64,000 bases of DNA, taken from Lingula anatina (taxonomy: Eukaryota; Animalia; Brachiopoda). Shown here piece after piece: positions 13,230 through 25,476 of this stretch. The translations under genes and the position numbers were made by a program. The stretch's first letter is position 1, and each line of letters starts with the position of its first letter. Location of the stretch: the NCBI GenBank assembly GCA_051362555.1, contig CM120649.1:3286001-3350000 (forward strand). The letters run 5' to 3'. Below the pieces are notes generated by a model. It was not told where the DNA came from. It saw nothing but the letters and a program-made list of their open reading frames with translations, and did not search any database.

Positions 13230-16200
13230 CTTCAATACCTTTTATAACTGCCAAAATCTTTGAAACGAGCTCTTGATCATCGAAAAAGAAATGTTTCCAG
13301 TTGCGTAATCCATCAGGAAATTCCTCTGGCGTTATGTTCATAACAACAGGGATGACGCCATGCTCTTTCTCTGTGGCATTCCGTATGATATTCTCCATCT
13401 CGAATTTGCACCGACCACTCTGGATAAAACTCTTGGACAGGAACAAGATGGAAAACATAGATGCACTAATCGCCTCAACAGTTTCATAAATCACATATGT
13501 TCCAGGAATGAGGTCTTCTTTGTCGTACCAACACTGGATCCCGCTTTCTTTTAGCTGGAGCAGGACTGGTTCTATAGTGGACTCATCCTCTTCACTGTGC
13601 GCAATGAACGCGTCCTGGCGGTATTGATCCAATGGTAAACTGTGAACATGAAGGATACATGTGTATTATGACAGAAAATGCATACATGCTTGCAGATAAA
13701 CACACGTGCGTACAAGTACATGCATGCACACGTATGCAAACAAACGGAGGGCGCACAAGCAATTGAGAAAAGTACCCTGTATTCTAAAATGTGTGTGGGT
13801 GTGTGTGTGCGTGATATACCTGTATATTCATTAATGCCTAGCTTAACGCAACGATTTCCCATATATACCAGAAAAAAATAATCGAAGAAAAAACGTTGAT
13901 ATTCCAACACCTCACGCCATGGCGAAACTTCACTCACCTTGCACTTTTAAGACCACGGGTCGTTGAACTTGGTGTGTGCTGGTGCATGTACTTTGCAGTG
14001 GTCAGGGTTCTACAGAGTGTTTCAAATTCATCGGGGGGCATGTTTGAGATATTTATTACCACCTGAGTATAATACTCTACTGCCGCACCTGTTACAAATA
14101 AAAATTAATAGATCTTAAATATAGTGAGATGCAGACACTGGGTCTGATGTGTTTTTCATACTCAGTCAGTTAATTAAAAAATGTGAAGCAGGCAATTGGT
14201 CGTTTTAGTGTACATGTTAACAGCGCACATAAATACATATTTACATTAGTTTACTGCCATCTTTGTAGACATATCTTGGCCAAATAAATATTACAATTCA
14301 CTGGGCAAAAAAATAAATAAATAAAATAATAAATAAATAGATTAATAAATAAGTACGGCAAAAAGAGAAATTCCTTGATACAGCCACACATCCATGTATA
14401 TAAAGGTATACATTTTATCTATATTTTACCCTTATCTTTTCTATTTATCCCCAATCTTACAGTTCGATTTCTGTTGCATCGAGATCATGCAATAAGATGA
14501 TTTTTATAACATCGAAATAATAGCGGTTAACTTTAGTGGATTACTTACGGGACAGTCGCGGAAGGTTTGCAGCCAGTAGCCCATCCCTTATATCTTTAAT
14601 AGTGGTGTGATTGTTCATGGCAAGCCAATCTTTCACTCCTAGAATTTTTCTGATTTGAAGCAGATAAGGAAAGTTCGGGTCTAAGTTGGTCAGGTTAAAT
14701 ATGCCATATTCTTCAGGGCCTAATATTTCAGCAAGGTGCTCTAAAGTTCTGGTATGAATGTACAGCTGTAAGGAATTAACAAGGCTATTTTGTAGGTACC
14801 GGTATAAGGTGAATACAGATACATGTATACTACATATATCAAGACACCCGTATGCAGTTATGCCAATAAATATAGCCCCCAACGCGCTGTACTCTGGGGC
14901 TCTGCCTAAATTTCAATATATTCCTTGTATATTAATTCACGAATCAAATATTTCCATGAGATATCTTTAAAGGAATGTAACACAAGATGTTCAAAAACAC
15001 CAAAAAAATTACGTACACAACAGTCCTACAAAATTAGCAACTACAAACGATTCTCCAATATAAAAAAATTACTATTAAAGCTCAATGCATCATAATCCAA
15101 TATGCGTTTAACACTTTCTCACTGGTAAATATACCTGTATGTCATGTATTTCAAAACGCCTCAGCAGTTCAACTACGGCAGTGTGCTCTTTTTCTTCTGC
15201 CAACATTCTTGGTGTCTTTTTCGCCTACGATATATATAAAGAAATTATTATGAACTATAGGGGACAAAATTGAAACCGCTTTATACAGACCGGTGAAAAG
15301 TGTTTTCCAGCCCTCCCCTAATTTTAAAGATACACTATTCTTGTACATACCTAGAGATGATACGGTATGTGACCATGGCAATATACTGCTTATTGGCCCT
15401 AATGTATGTTTCAGAGTGAAATGCCAGGTCTTTCTCTCAATGTCACATAATGTGCTGCGACTTTAATGAGGTGTTCTGGCATATATCGCTAGGATGACAG
15501 TGTGTTATCTCACATACATACCATTCAGATTAAATACATATGCATGACTTACAGTATGTTGCCCAAATACTTTAACATGAAATGCTTTTTCATGTACATC
15601 AATACAAGTAATGAACTACAGACTTAAGAATAATGCGATAAAGAAATAATTGTTTTATGTGACTCGAGAAAATAAAGCGGAGCCACGTTATAATATATAT
15701 TTCGACAATTCTACACTCACTTCATCCTGTATACTGGTATCCGCCCCGTGTTGGAGGAGAAGCTGGACACATTGTGTGTGGCCGCCACTGGCAGCACAGT
15801 GAAGTGGCGTCCTCTTGTAAAACTGTGGATATGTACAAAGTATATGACAAAACATATATTTCAAATGCAGTAAAAAAAAGTTTCGGGTTTGATAATAAGG
15901 CTTAACTGAAAAAATAAATAAATAAAATAACCAATCAAATCGGGCTATGTGACTGACATGTTCCATCTTTTTCTACTGCGAAAACAATTCTACACTTGTT
16001 GACTGTTAAAGAAATTATTATTCCCTTTCCTTTTACTCATTTGATTATTCTTCAATTATAACTGGCAATTAGTGAAAGTGTATTTCATTTACTTTACAAC
16101 GTAACAACTAAACAAAAGTTTTCCCAAGAGGAAAAATATTCCCAAGAACAAATGTTATAAAAAGTTAAGGAACACGAAGCGGATAAAAGGATCATACACA

Positions 16201-19200
16201 TGTATTTTGGATATTTTAATTTTTAATGCTTTAAAATAATATAAAATATTTATCAGAAACATTAAATATTCATTTTTTATGCTTTCAATAATTCCATTAG
16301 TTTCTTAAACTGGGCGTGTTACGTGTTATATTCTTGAAAGTATTTACATTAGTTACATTAGTTAAATATAATTTTTAAAAAACTGATCGGTGCCGAGTTA
16401 ACATTAGGTTTGGCTTCTTTACAGAGGCTGTATTAACAGCTAGCCCAGTGTTACAGTAGATAAATAAAATAATAATTTCAATTTGTCAATTCTATGTAAA
16501 ATATTGAAAGAAATCATGGATATTTAATCTTATTTAAACTTTGTACTTCTATATTCAAAAGCACGCTTCACACGTAATAATACTTAACTAGTTGAACTAC
16601 TGAAAACATTATGCCCTGTTCTATTTCAAGATGTGCTTTATGTTGAATTATTCATAAATGAGAAAAGACTTGGTCAATAGAATATAATCCACAATAATGT
16701 TTCTTCTCACAACTTAACGAAAAATGACAATGTGCATAAATGTATAGCCATACTGCTGTGTTCTGACTATTCTACACTCACCTTATCCTGTATACTGGTA
16801 TCCGCCCCGTGTTGGAGGAGAAGCTGGGCACATTGTGTGTGGCCGCCACTGGCAGTCGAGTGAAGTGGTGTCATCTCAAACTGTGGATAAGTAGAAACAA
16901 TGTGATTAAACACATATATTTCAAGTGCAGTAGAAAAAAGTATTGGGTTTGATGACAAAGCTTAACTGAACAAAATGATCGGTGCTGTATTAATATTAAA
17001 TTTGGCATCTGTATTGAGCCTGTATTAACATCTCAGTGAGGCAGTGGATTAATAAAATCATCATTTCAAGTTGTAAAATATTGAACGAAATAATGGATAT
17101 TAAATGAAATAACTTTATTTGTACTTCTACATTTAATATCACACTTCACACGTAATTATACTTAACTAGTTGAACTACTGAAAACATTATGCCGTGTTCT
17201 ATTTTACAATGTGCTTTATGTTGATTTATTCATAAATTAGAAGAGACTTGGTCAAGAGAATGTAAACCACAATAATGTTTCTTGTCACAGCTTAAGGAAA
17301 AAGGAAGATGTACGTAAATGTTGCCATACTGCTGTGTTCTGACTATTCTACACTCACCTTATCCTGTATACTGGTATCCGCCCCGTGTTGGAGGAGAAGC
17401 TGGACACATTGTGTGTGGCCGCCACTGGCAGCCAAGTGAAGTGGTGTCTTCCGCCACTGTGGATATGTACAAACAATGTGATTAAACATATATATTTCAA
17501 GTGCCGTAGAAAAAATGTATTGGGTTTGATGACAAAGCTTAACTGAACAAAATGATCGGTGCTGTGTTAATATTAAATTTGGCATCTGTACTGGGTCTGT
17601 ATTAACAGCTCAGTGATGCAGTGGATTAATAAAATCATCATTTCAAGTTGTCAATTCTATGTAAAATATTGAAAGAAGTAATGGATATTAAATGAAATAA
17701 CTTTGTTTGTACTTCTATATTTAACATCACACTTCACACGTAATTATACTTAACTAGTTGAACTACTGAAAACATTATGCCGTGTTCTATTTTACAATGT
17801 GCTTTATGTTGATTTATTCATAAATTAGAAGAGACTTGGTCAAGAGAATGTAAACCACAATAATGTTTCTTGTCACAGCTTAAGGAAAAAGGAAGATGTA
17901 CGTAAATGTTGCCATACTGCTGTGTTCTGACCATTCTACACTCACACAAGCAGTTATACTGGTATCCGCCCCGTGTTGGAGGAGAAGCTGGGCACATTGT
18001 GTGTGGCCGTGATCTGCAGCCCAGTGAAGTGGTGTCCTCCCTTCCTGTGGATAAGTAGAAACAATCTGATTAAACACATATATTTCAAGTGCAGTAGAAA
18101 AGAGTATTGGGTTTGATGACAAAGCTTAACTGAACAAAATGATCGGTGCTGTGTTAATATTAAATTTGGCCTCTGTATTGGGTCTGTATTAATAGCTCAG
18201 TGATGCAGTGGATTAATAAAATCATCATTTCAAGTTGTCAATTCTATGTAAAATATTGAAAGAAATAATGGGTATTAAATGAAATAACTTTATTTGTACT
18301 TCTATATTTAACATCACACTTCACATGTAATAATACTTAACTAGTTGAACTACTGAAAACATTATGCCGTGTTCTATTTTACAATGTGCTTTATGTTGAT
18401 TTATTCATAAATTAGAAGAGACTTGGTCAAGAGAATGTAAACCACAATAATGTTTCTTCTCACAACTTAAGGAAAAATGACAATGTGCATAAATGTATAG
18501 CCATACTGCTGTGTTCTGACTATTCTACACTCACCTTATCCTGTATACTGGTATCCGCCCCGTGTTGGAGGAGAAGCTGGACACATTGTGTGTGGCCGCA
18601 GAGAGCAGCATGGTGAAGTGGTGTCATCTCAAACTGTGGATAAGTAGAAACAATCTGATTAAAAACATATATTTCAAGTGCAGTAGAAAAGAGTATTGGG
18701 TTTGATGACAAAGCTTAACTGAACAAAATGATTGGTGCTGTGTTAATATTAAATTTGGCATCTGTATTGAGCCTGTATTTACAGCTCAGTGAGGCAGTGG
18801 ATTGATAAATCATCACTTTAGTTTGTCTATTCTGTGTAAAATATTGAAAGAAATAATGGATATTAAATGAAATAACTTTATTTGTACTTCTATATTTAAC
18901 ATCACACTTCACATGTAATAATACTTAACTAGTTGAACTACTGAAAACATTATGCCGTGTTCTATTTTACAATGTGCTTTATGTTGATTTATTCATATAG
19001 AATATAAACCACAATAATGTTTCTTCTCACAACTTAAGGAAAAATGACAATGTGCATAAATGTATAGCCGTACTGCTGTGTTCTGACTATTCTACACTCA
19101 CCTTATCCTGTATACTGGTATCCGCCCCGTGTTGGAGGAGAAGCTGGACACATTGTGTGTGGCCGCAGAGTGCAGCACGGTGAAGTGGTGTCATCTCAAA

Positions 19201-20407
19201 CTGTGGATAAGTAGAAACAATCTGATTAAAAACATATATTTCAAGTGCAGTAGAAAAGAGTATTGGGTTTGATGACAAAGCTTAACTGAACAAAATGATT
19301 GGTGCTGTGTTAATATTAAATTTGGCATCTGTATTGAGCCTGTATTTACAGCTCAGTGAGGCAGTGGATTGATAAATCATCACTTTAGTTTGTCTATTCT
19401 GTGTAAAATATTGAAAGAAATAATGGATTTTTAATGAAATAACTTTGTTTGTACTTCTATATTTAACATCACACTTCAAACATAATTATACTTAACTAAT
19501 TGCACTACTGAAAATATTATGCCGTGTTCTATTTTACAATGTGCTTTATGTTGATTTATTCATAAATGAGAAAAAGACTTGGTCAATAGAATATAAGCCA
19601 CATTAATGTTTCTTCTCACAACTTAAGGAAAATGACGATGTACGTAAATGTAGCCATACTGCTGTGTTCTGACTAATCTACACTCACCGTATCCTGTATA
19701 CTGGTATCCGCCCCGTGTTGGAGGAGAAGCTGGACACATTGTGTGTGGCCGCAGAGTGCAGCACGGTGAAGTGGTGTCATCTCAAACTGTGGATAAGTAG
19801 AAACAATCTGATTAAACACACATATTTCAAGTGCAGTAGAAAAGAGTATTGGGTTTGATGACAAAGCTTAACTGAACAAAATGATCGGTGCTGTGTTAAT
19901 ATTAAATTTGGCCTCTGTATTGGGTCTGTATTAATAGCTCAGTGATGCAGTGGATTAATAAAATCATCATTTCAAGTTGTCAATTCTATGTAAAATATTG
20001 AAAGAAATAATGGATATTAAATGAAATAACTTTATTTGTACTTCTATATTTAACATCACACTTCACATGTAATAATACTTAACTAGTTGAACTACTGAAA
20101 ACATTATGCCGTGTTCTATTTTACAATGTGCTTTATGTTGATTTATTCATATAAAATATAAACCACAATAATGTTTCTTCTCACAACTTAAGGAAAAATG
20201 ACAATGTGCATAAATGTATAGCCGTACTGCCGTGTTCTGACTATTCTACACTCACCACATCCTGTATACTGGTATCCGCCCCGTGTTGGAGGAGAAGCTG
20301 GACACATTGTGTGTGGCCGCGGTGTGCAGCCCAGTGAAGTGGTATCCTCTCACACTGTGGATAAGTAGAAACAATCTGATTAAAAACATATATTTCAAGT
20401 GCAGTAG

Positions 20408-20481
<74 letters not shown>

Positions 20482-21674
20482 ATGGGTGCCGTGTTAACTA
20501 TAAGTTTGGTTCTGTATAGGGGCTGCATTAACAGCTAGCCCTTTGTTGATACGGGTATGTACAACGCTGTGATTGTTATAACACTGTACCATAGTGGTTT
20601 GTATGGAAACAACATATTATAGGAAGATGCCAACGCAAAAGCAGATCGTTTATTTCATATGTGCACGTGGTAAATGTATAAAAAATCTGTTACATGTATT
20701 GAATACTTGTTGAACTTATTATATCGTTTACATTGGTATATGTCTAGCTTATCACATAGAAACCCTCGAGTAGCGGAAAGAGGGAAGGAAAAGTGAAATG
20801 ATACAGTGGATGATTCAGTCTATGGCATGGGTCGTCTGCATTAAATAAATCGTTATTTCTTACGTGCAGCGTTAAGTTCTATTAAAAATATAAACATCAG
20901 CGTAGCTAAAGAGAGAGAAATCAAAGTTGTTACCCTGTGCTGGCCATTGATATCGCACTTCCCGGCAGTCAGCAGACGCTGTAAATCCTCTATATCTCCA
21001 TATACTGCGGCCATGCAAAGCAGTGTGTTCTTCATACTGGCTGGCGGCTATACTGTAGACATTAAACCATAATAATGCTTCTTCTGACGACTTTAAGAAA
21101 AAAGTTACTGTACGTAAATGTGGCCATGCTGCTGTGTTCTGACTATTCTACACTCACCTCATCCTGTATACTGGTATCCGCCCCGTGTTGGAGGAGAAGC
21201 TGGACACATTGTGTGTGGCCGCCACTGGCAGCAAAGAAAAGTGGTGTCATCCCAGCCTGTGGATATGTACAAGCAATGTGATTAAGCACATATAGTTCAA
21301 GTGTCATAGACAAAAGTATCGGGTTTTGATGATCTGGCTTAACTGAAAAAAAATATATATATATTTTGATGGGTGCCGTGTTAACTATAAGTTTGGCTTC
21401 TGTATAGGGGCTGCATTATAACACTGCACCATAGTGGTTTGTATGGAAAAAAAAATATCATAGGAACATGCAAACGCAAAAGCAGACCGTTTATTTTTTA
21501 CGTGTAGTGTTAAAATCTATTAAAAAATATCGACAAGGGCGTAACTAAAGAGAGAGAAATCAAAGTTGTTACCCTGTTCTGGTCATTGATTTTGCACTGC
21601 CCAGTAGTCAGCAGATCCTGTAACTTCTCTATATCTCCATTTTCTGCAGCACTGTGAAGCGGGGTGTTACCCAT
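12811..21674 (-). CDS. Ankyrin-repeat / Death-like / TIR / coiled-coil protein, paralogue A (about 603 aa from N-cap2; about 636 aa from N-cap1)
   Basis: Exons: N-cap1 21573-21674, ANK 21158-21256, alternative N-cap2 20934-21035, ANK 20256-20354, 19688-19786, 19102-19200, 18535-18633, 17946-18044, 17358-17456, 16782-16880, 15721-15822, C-cap 15135-15224, Death-like 14549-14765, microexon 14461-14470, linker 13938-14009, TIR 13239-13639, terminal 12811-12935. All introns are GT-AG and phases give a continuous ORF when only one N-cap is used. Minus-strand AATAAA at ~12707-12712. Confidence 0.85.
13239..13639 (-). CDS. TIR domain exon (TIR_2-like) of paralogue A
   Basis: [61 protein letters not shown]: box1, DxxPG BB-loop and SxxCxxE motif. 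Acceptor ttcacag, donor g|gtattg. Confidence 0.9.
14549..14765 (-). CDS. Death-fold-like domain exon of paralogue A
   Basis: [48 protein letters not shown] resembles the LAxxLG ... W...(A)TxxxLxxAL pattern of Death domains, but it is short and degenerate. Good splice sites (ccttacag / gtaagt). Confidence 0.55.
15721..21256 (-). repeat. Tandem array of 9 ankyrin exon+intron units
   Basis: Eight 99-bp and one 102-bp phase-0 exons with near-identical framework and homologous introns, period about 570-590 bp in the central part. Confidence 0.95.
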
Positions 21675-22309
21675 ACTGGCTGGCGGCTATACTGTAGACA
21701 TTCCAACGAAGAGTGCAACTTAATACATGTAGTATGTCTAAATTTCACTCGTCTGAAATAAGATGGATATACAATACAAATTGAAATATATAAAAAAGAC
21801 TAAATGTGCAATATGTACTTAATATGTACAGACCCACGTATAATAAAAGATGCAGCTTGGCACACAGACGCCACCGTAACATAAAATATGCAAAAATGTA
21901 TAAAAAATAAATTGCTATTACATTATCACATCCATCCGTGGTCTCAATCCCTCCCCCATCTGTCGTGACCCCCCCACCCACCCACCCACACCATGCCCAG
22001 AAGAAATGTTCTGTGCAGCTTAAATGTCGCTATTAAGGATCCTATTAGTGTTATCATTAAAACATTCTGGTCAAATGATCCCTTAGACTTGGGGATTTCG
22101 GAAATCGTCAAGTTAAATGCATTCAAGTCTAAAGAGAAAGTAATATCAAAATTATACCCACGGAGATCCTTACTGACAAACAATTTCATCAATTTTGTCA
22201 TGACGGAGGAAGGAACATTATACCAAAATATTAACATCAATTCGTCAACCCAGTGACAACGAGGTTATATGTCACTCGTTTTTATCTATTTAGTAGATAT
22301 AACACATTT

Positions 22310-22595
22310 TAATAAAGTACCTGGTGAACCTGGTGAACAGTGGGAAACGGCCCGTACAAATGGCGACTTTCTATAATTAGAGGTGACGAGGGGGGATTTT
22401 AAAGGGAATTCCCCTTAATTGCTACTGATGTGTTTGTCTCAACAAGTGCAGTAAGTTATTGGTCAATCAAACAAGATCATGTATGTGACAGAGATAAATC
22501 TGATTGAGTCAGGTGCAAATTGTTATACGCAGTCTGGGTATATACTGTACTTAAATCAGGATAACGATACAATGGCGTATGTAGTTAGCGGGGGG

Positions 22596-22631
<36 letters not shown>

Positions 22632-23634
22632 GCACAACGGCCGGGTTACGTGTGACCTACATACCTACATGTACATGAAGGACCTACAGGGATACAACTT
22701 GTATGAAACCCCCTTTGCCTCTCTTACCGAGGAACATTTATTTTAACAAGCGTTATAAACAGCGCATGACAAATGAAACTATTTTTCTTTTTCTTTGACC
22801 CATATTATAATAAAAGTTACCTTGTCTACTACATGTATATGCTGTTTTTGCCAAGCGCAGCGCAATGAAACATATTCTTCCTCCTTGAAAAAAAACAATA
22901 TATTTTGAAGATAAGCCCGATCAAGCTGGCTTTTTGAAAGTATAGAAAACATCCCTTTGCCTTTTTATTTTTGTTAATTGTGTAATCCTTTCCCTCTCCA
23001 AGTTTGAGTCAATCGTTTGCGATCCTTGTAAAAACCAGCCGGTTCGGTTATTCAGGTTCGTAGATTTTCTTTTCACCAATAAGACAACTGAGACAGGCAG
23101 GTTTAGTTTTCTGCGACATGATTTAATCAACCGACTGTTAAATTCAGGTCTCTATGTATGTCCCTCTGTGTATGTCTCTCAACCTCTCAGTCTACACTGT
23201 AAAAACAGTATAAGTCTCTCTACCTTTCAGTCTATATTTCTGTCTATATCTCACTATATTTCATCATATCTCTCCCTGTCCTGTGGCTCGCTCGCTGCTT
23301 TTATACTCGATCTTAATTTAGATTTTAAATGAACGTCCATAACTGACATGCATTATGCCATGCCTTAATACCTGAAAACTTAACTGTAGATACAATTTTC
23401 ATTAATAAATATCCAAATTACATATATGGAAATCGAGCTATCAGTAGGCCTACCATTAATAGTTCACCACATGCGAACTGTTATTCTTAGATACATCGGA
23501 ATAAATAAATTAAATTTTTAAAAAATATATCATTCATATGTATGCAAATGTAAACTATCAGTACTATTAACGGTTCACTACACCCTATAGTTACCTTAGC
23601 ACTAGCGTTTATAGAACTTCACAATGGGAAGAGG

Positions 23635-23667
<33 letters not shown>

Positions 23668-24841
23668 GTATCAGTCCTATATATCGGTTTGAATAATCAT
23701 TTAAATTCCTTAAAACTGAAATAGTATTTTTTAGCTGAACAACACACTCAAGTACCAACCGAAAACGAAACGTCAAAATTTCCAGCTCGCTCTTTACGCG
23801 TAAAATTTGTTTGTTGTCATGCGCATGATTTTACCCAAATATCACCATTCCTTCGACATCTCAGTTACGACTAGTTGTATGTCACCCGTTGACAATGATG
23901 TGGTTGACATCACACCTCAAAATTGATAAAATATCACGTTAACTCACCAGCTGGAAACGACCTACACAATGGCGACTGCAGGTATTATTAATAGAGGTGA
24001 CGAGGGGAATTTTAGGGAATTCCCCTTTTATTGCTGTTGATGTACGACGCAATTGTCTCAACAAACACAATATGTGGTTGGAAGATGTTTACTGGAGAAT
24101 GGATCGTATATCTGCCAAAGACACAGGGTTGTTTATATTCATATCTATTCCTGTTTGTAGTGGCGGATTTAGAGGAGGGCGGGGGGGGGGGGGTTGAAGG
24201 CGGTATTGACCCCCCTTCTATTTCTGGTCCCCTCTTGAAATACTGTATGTGGTTAAAAGATGTTAAGTGGTGAATGGATCATATATCTGCCAAAGAAGTA
24301 GGATTGTTTTTTATTCCTGTTTTGTTATACTCATTTCAGTTATCTAGACTTACACCATATTTAACATATTGTTATGTATAATGGTGGAGTTCGGGGGAAC
24401 AATGCGTCACCCACCCCCTCCAATGCACACACACGACCACTAAATAAAATAACGGATCAGTCAGACAGTCTGTACGTAAATATCTGTCATAGTTTTATCA
24501 TCTGAACAGCACACTCAGGTACAAACCGAAAATGAAACGTTAAATTTTCCAGCTCGCTCTTTACGCCTAGACACTGCAATTTGTATACTGTATTGCGCAA
24601 GTATTTTACCCAAATGTCACGTACCCACCCTACTACATCTTAGTTACGACTAGATGTATGTCACCCGTTGATACTGATGTGGTTGACATCACACCTCAAA
24701 ATTTGATAAAATATCACCAGCTGGAAACGACCTGTACAATGGCGACTCAGCTGCAGGTATTATTAATAGAGGTGACAAGGGGGATTTTTAAGGAATTCCC
24801 CTTCATTGCTGTGAACTCACGACGTCATTGTGAGGGTCAAT

Positions 24842-24881
<40 letters not shown>

Positions 24882-25476
24882 AATCAATCCTTTCCGTTCA
24901 AATGATCACTCAAATTTCTTTAAACAGGATAATTATTTTTTTTCAGCGGGACAACACACTCGGGTACAAACCGAAACTAAAACGTCGAATTTTCCAGCTC
25001 GCTCTTTACGCGTAAACACTGCAATTTACATGTTGTCATGCGCAGTTTTTTTTTACCCAAATGTCACCAACCCTGCTACATGTCAGCTACGACTTGTTGT
25101 ATGTCACCCGTTGACACTGATGTGCCTGACATCACACCTCAAAATTTGACGTGAAAATTTGACGTAAAATATCACGTTAACTTACCAGCTGGAAACGACC
25201 TGGCAACTCAGCTGCAGGTATTATAATACAGGGAGATTTTTGGGGAATTCCCCTTTTATTGCTGTTGATGTACGGCGCAATTGTCTCAACAAACGCAATA
25301 TGTGGCTGAAAGAGGTTTATTGGAGAATGAATAATAAAATGTATCTGTCAAAGAAATTGGGCTATTTTTTATCCCTATGTATTGTTATCAGAAGTCAATT
25401 ATCTAAACTTACACCATAGTTAACATGTTTTTTGACGATTCCTTTGCGGGATTAGGGGGAACAATGCGTCCCCCCC

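Noticed and set aside
612-21256. CRISPR-like look (constant repeat with variable segments) of the ankyrin arrays
   Set aside because: The units are ~580-bp exon+intron duplicates with splice sites and protein-coding frames in a eukaryotic context; no short repeat-spacer structure and no cas genes.
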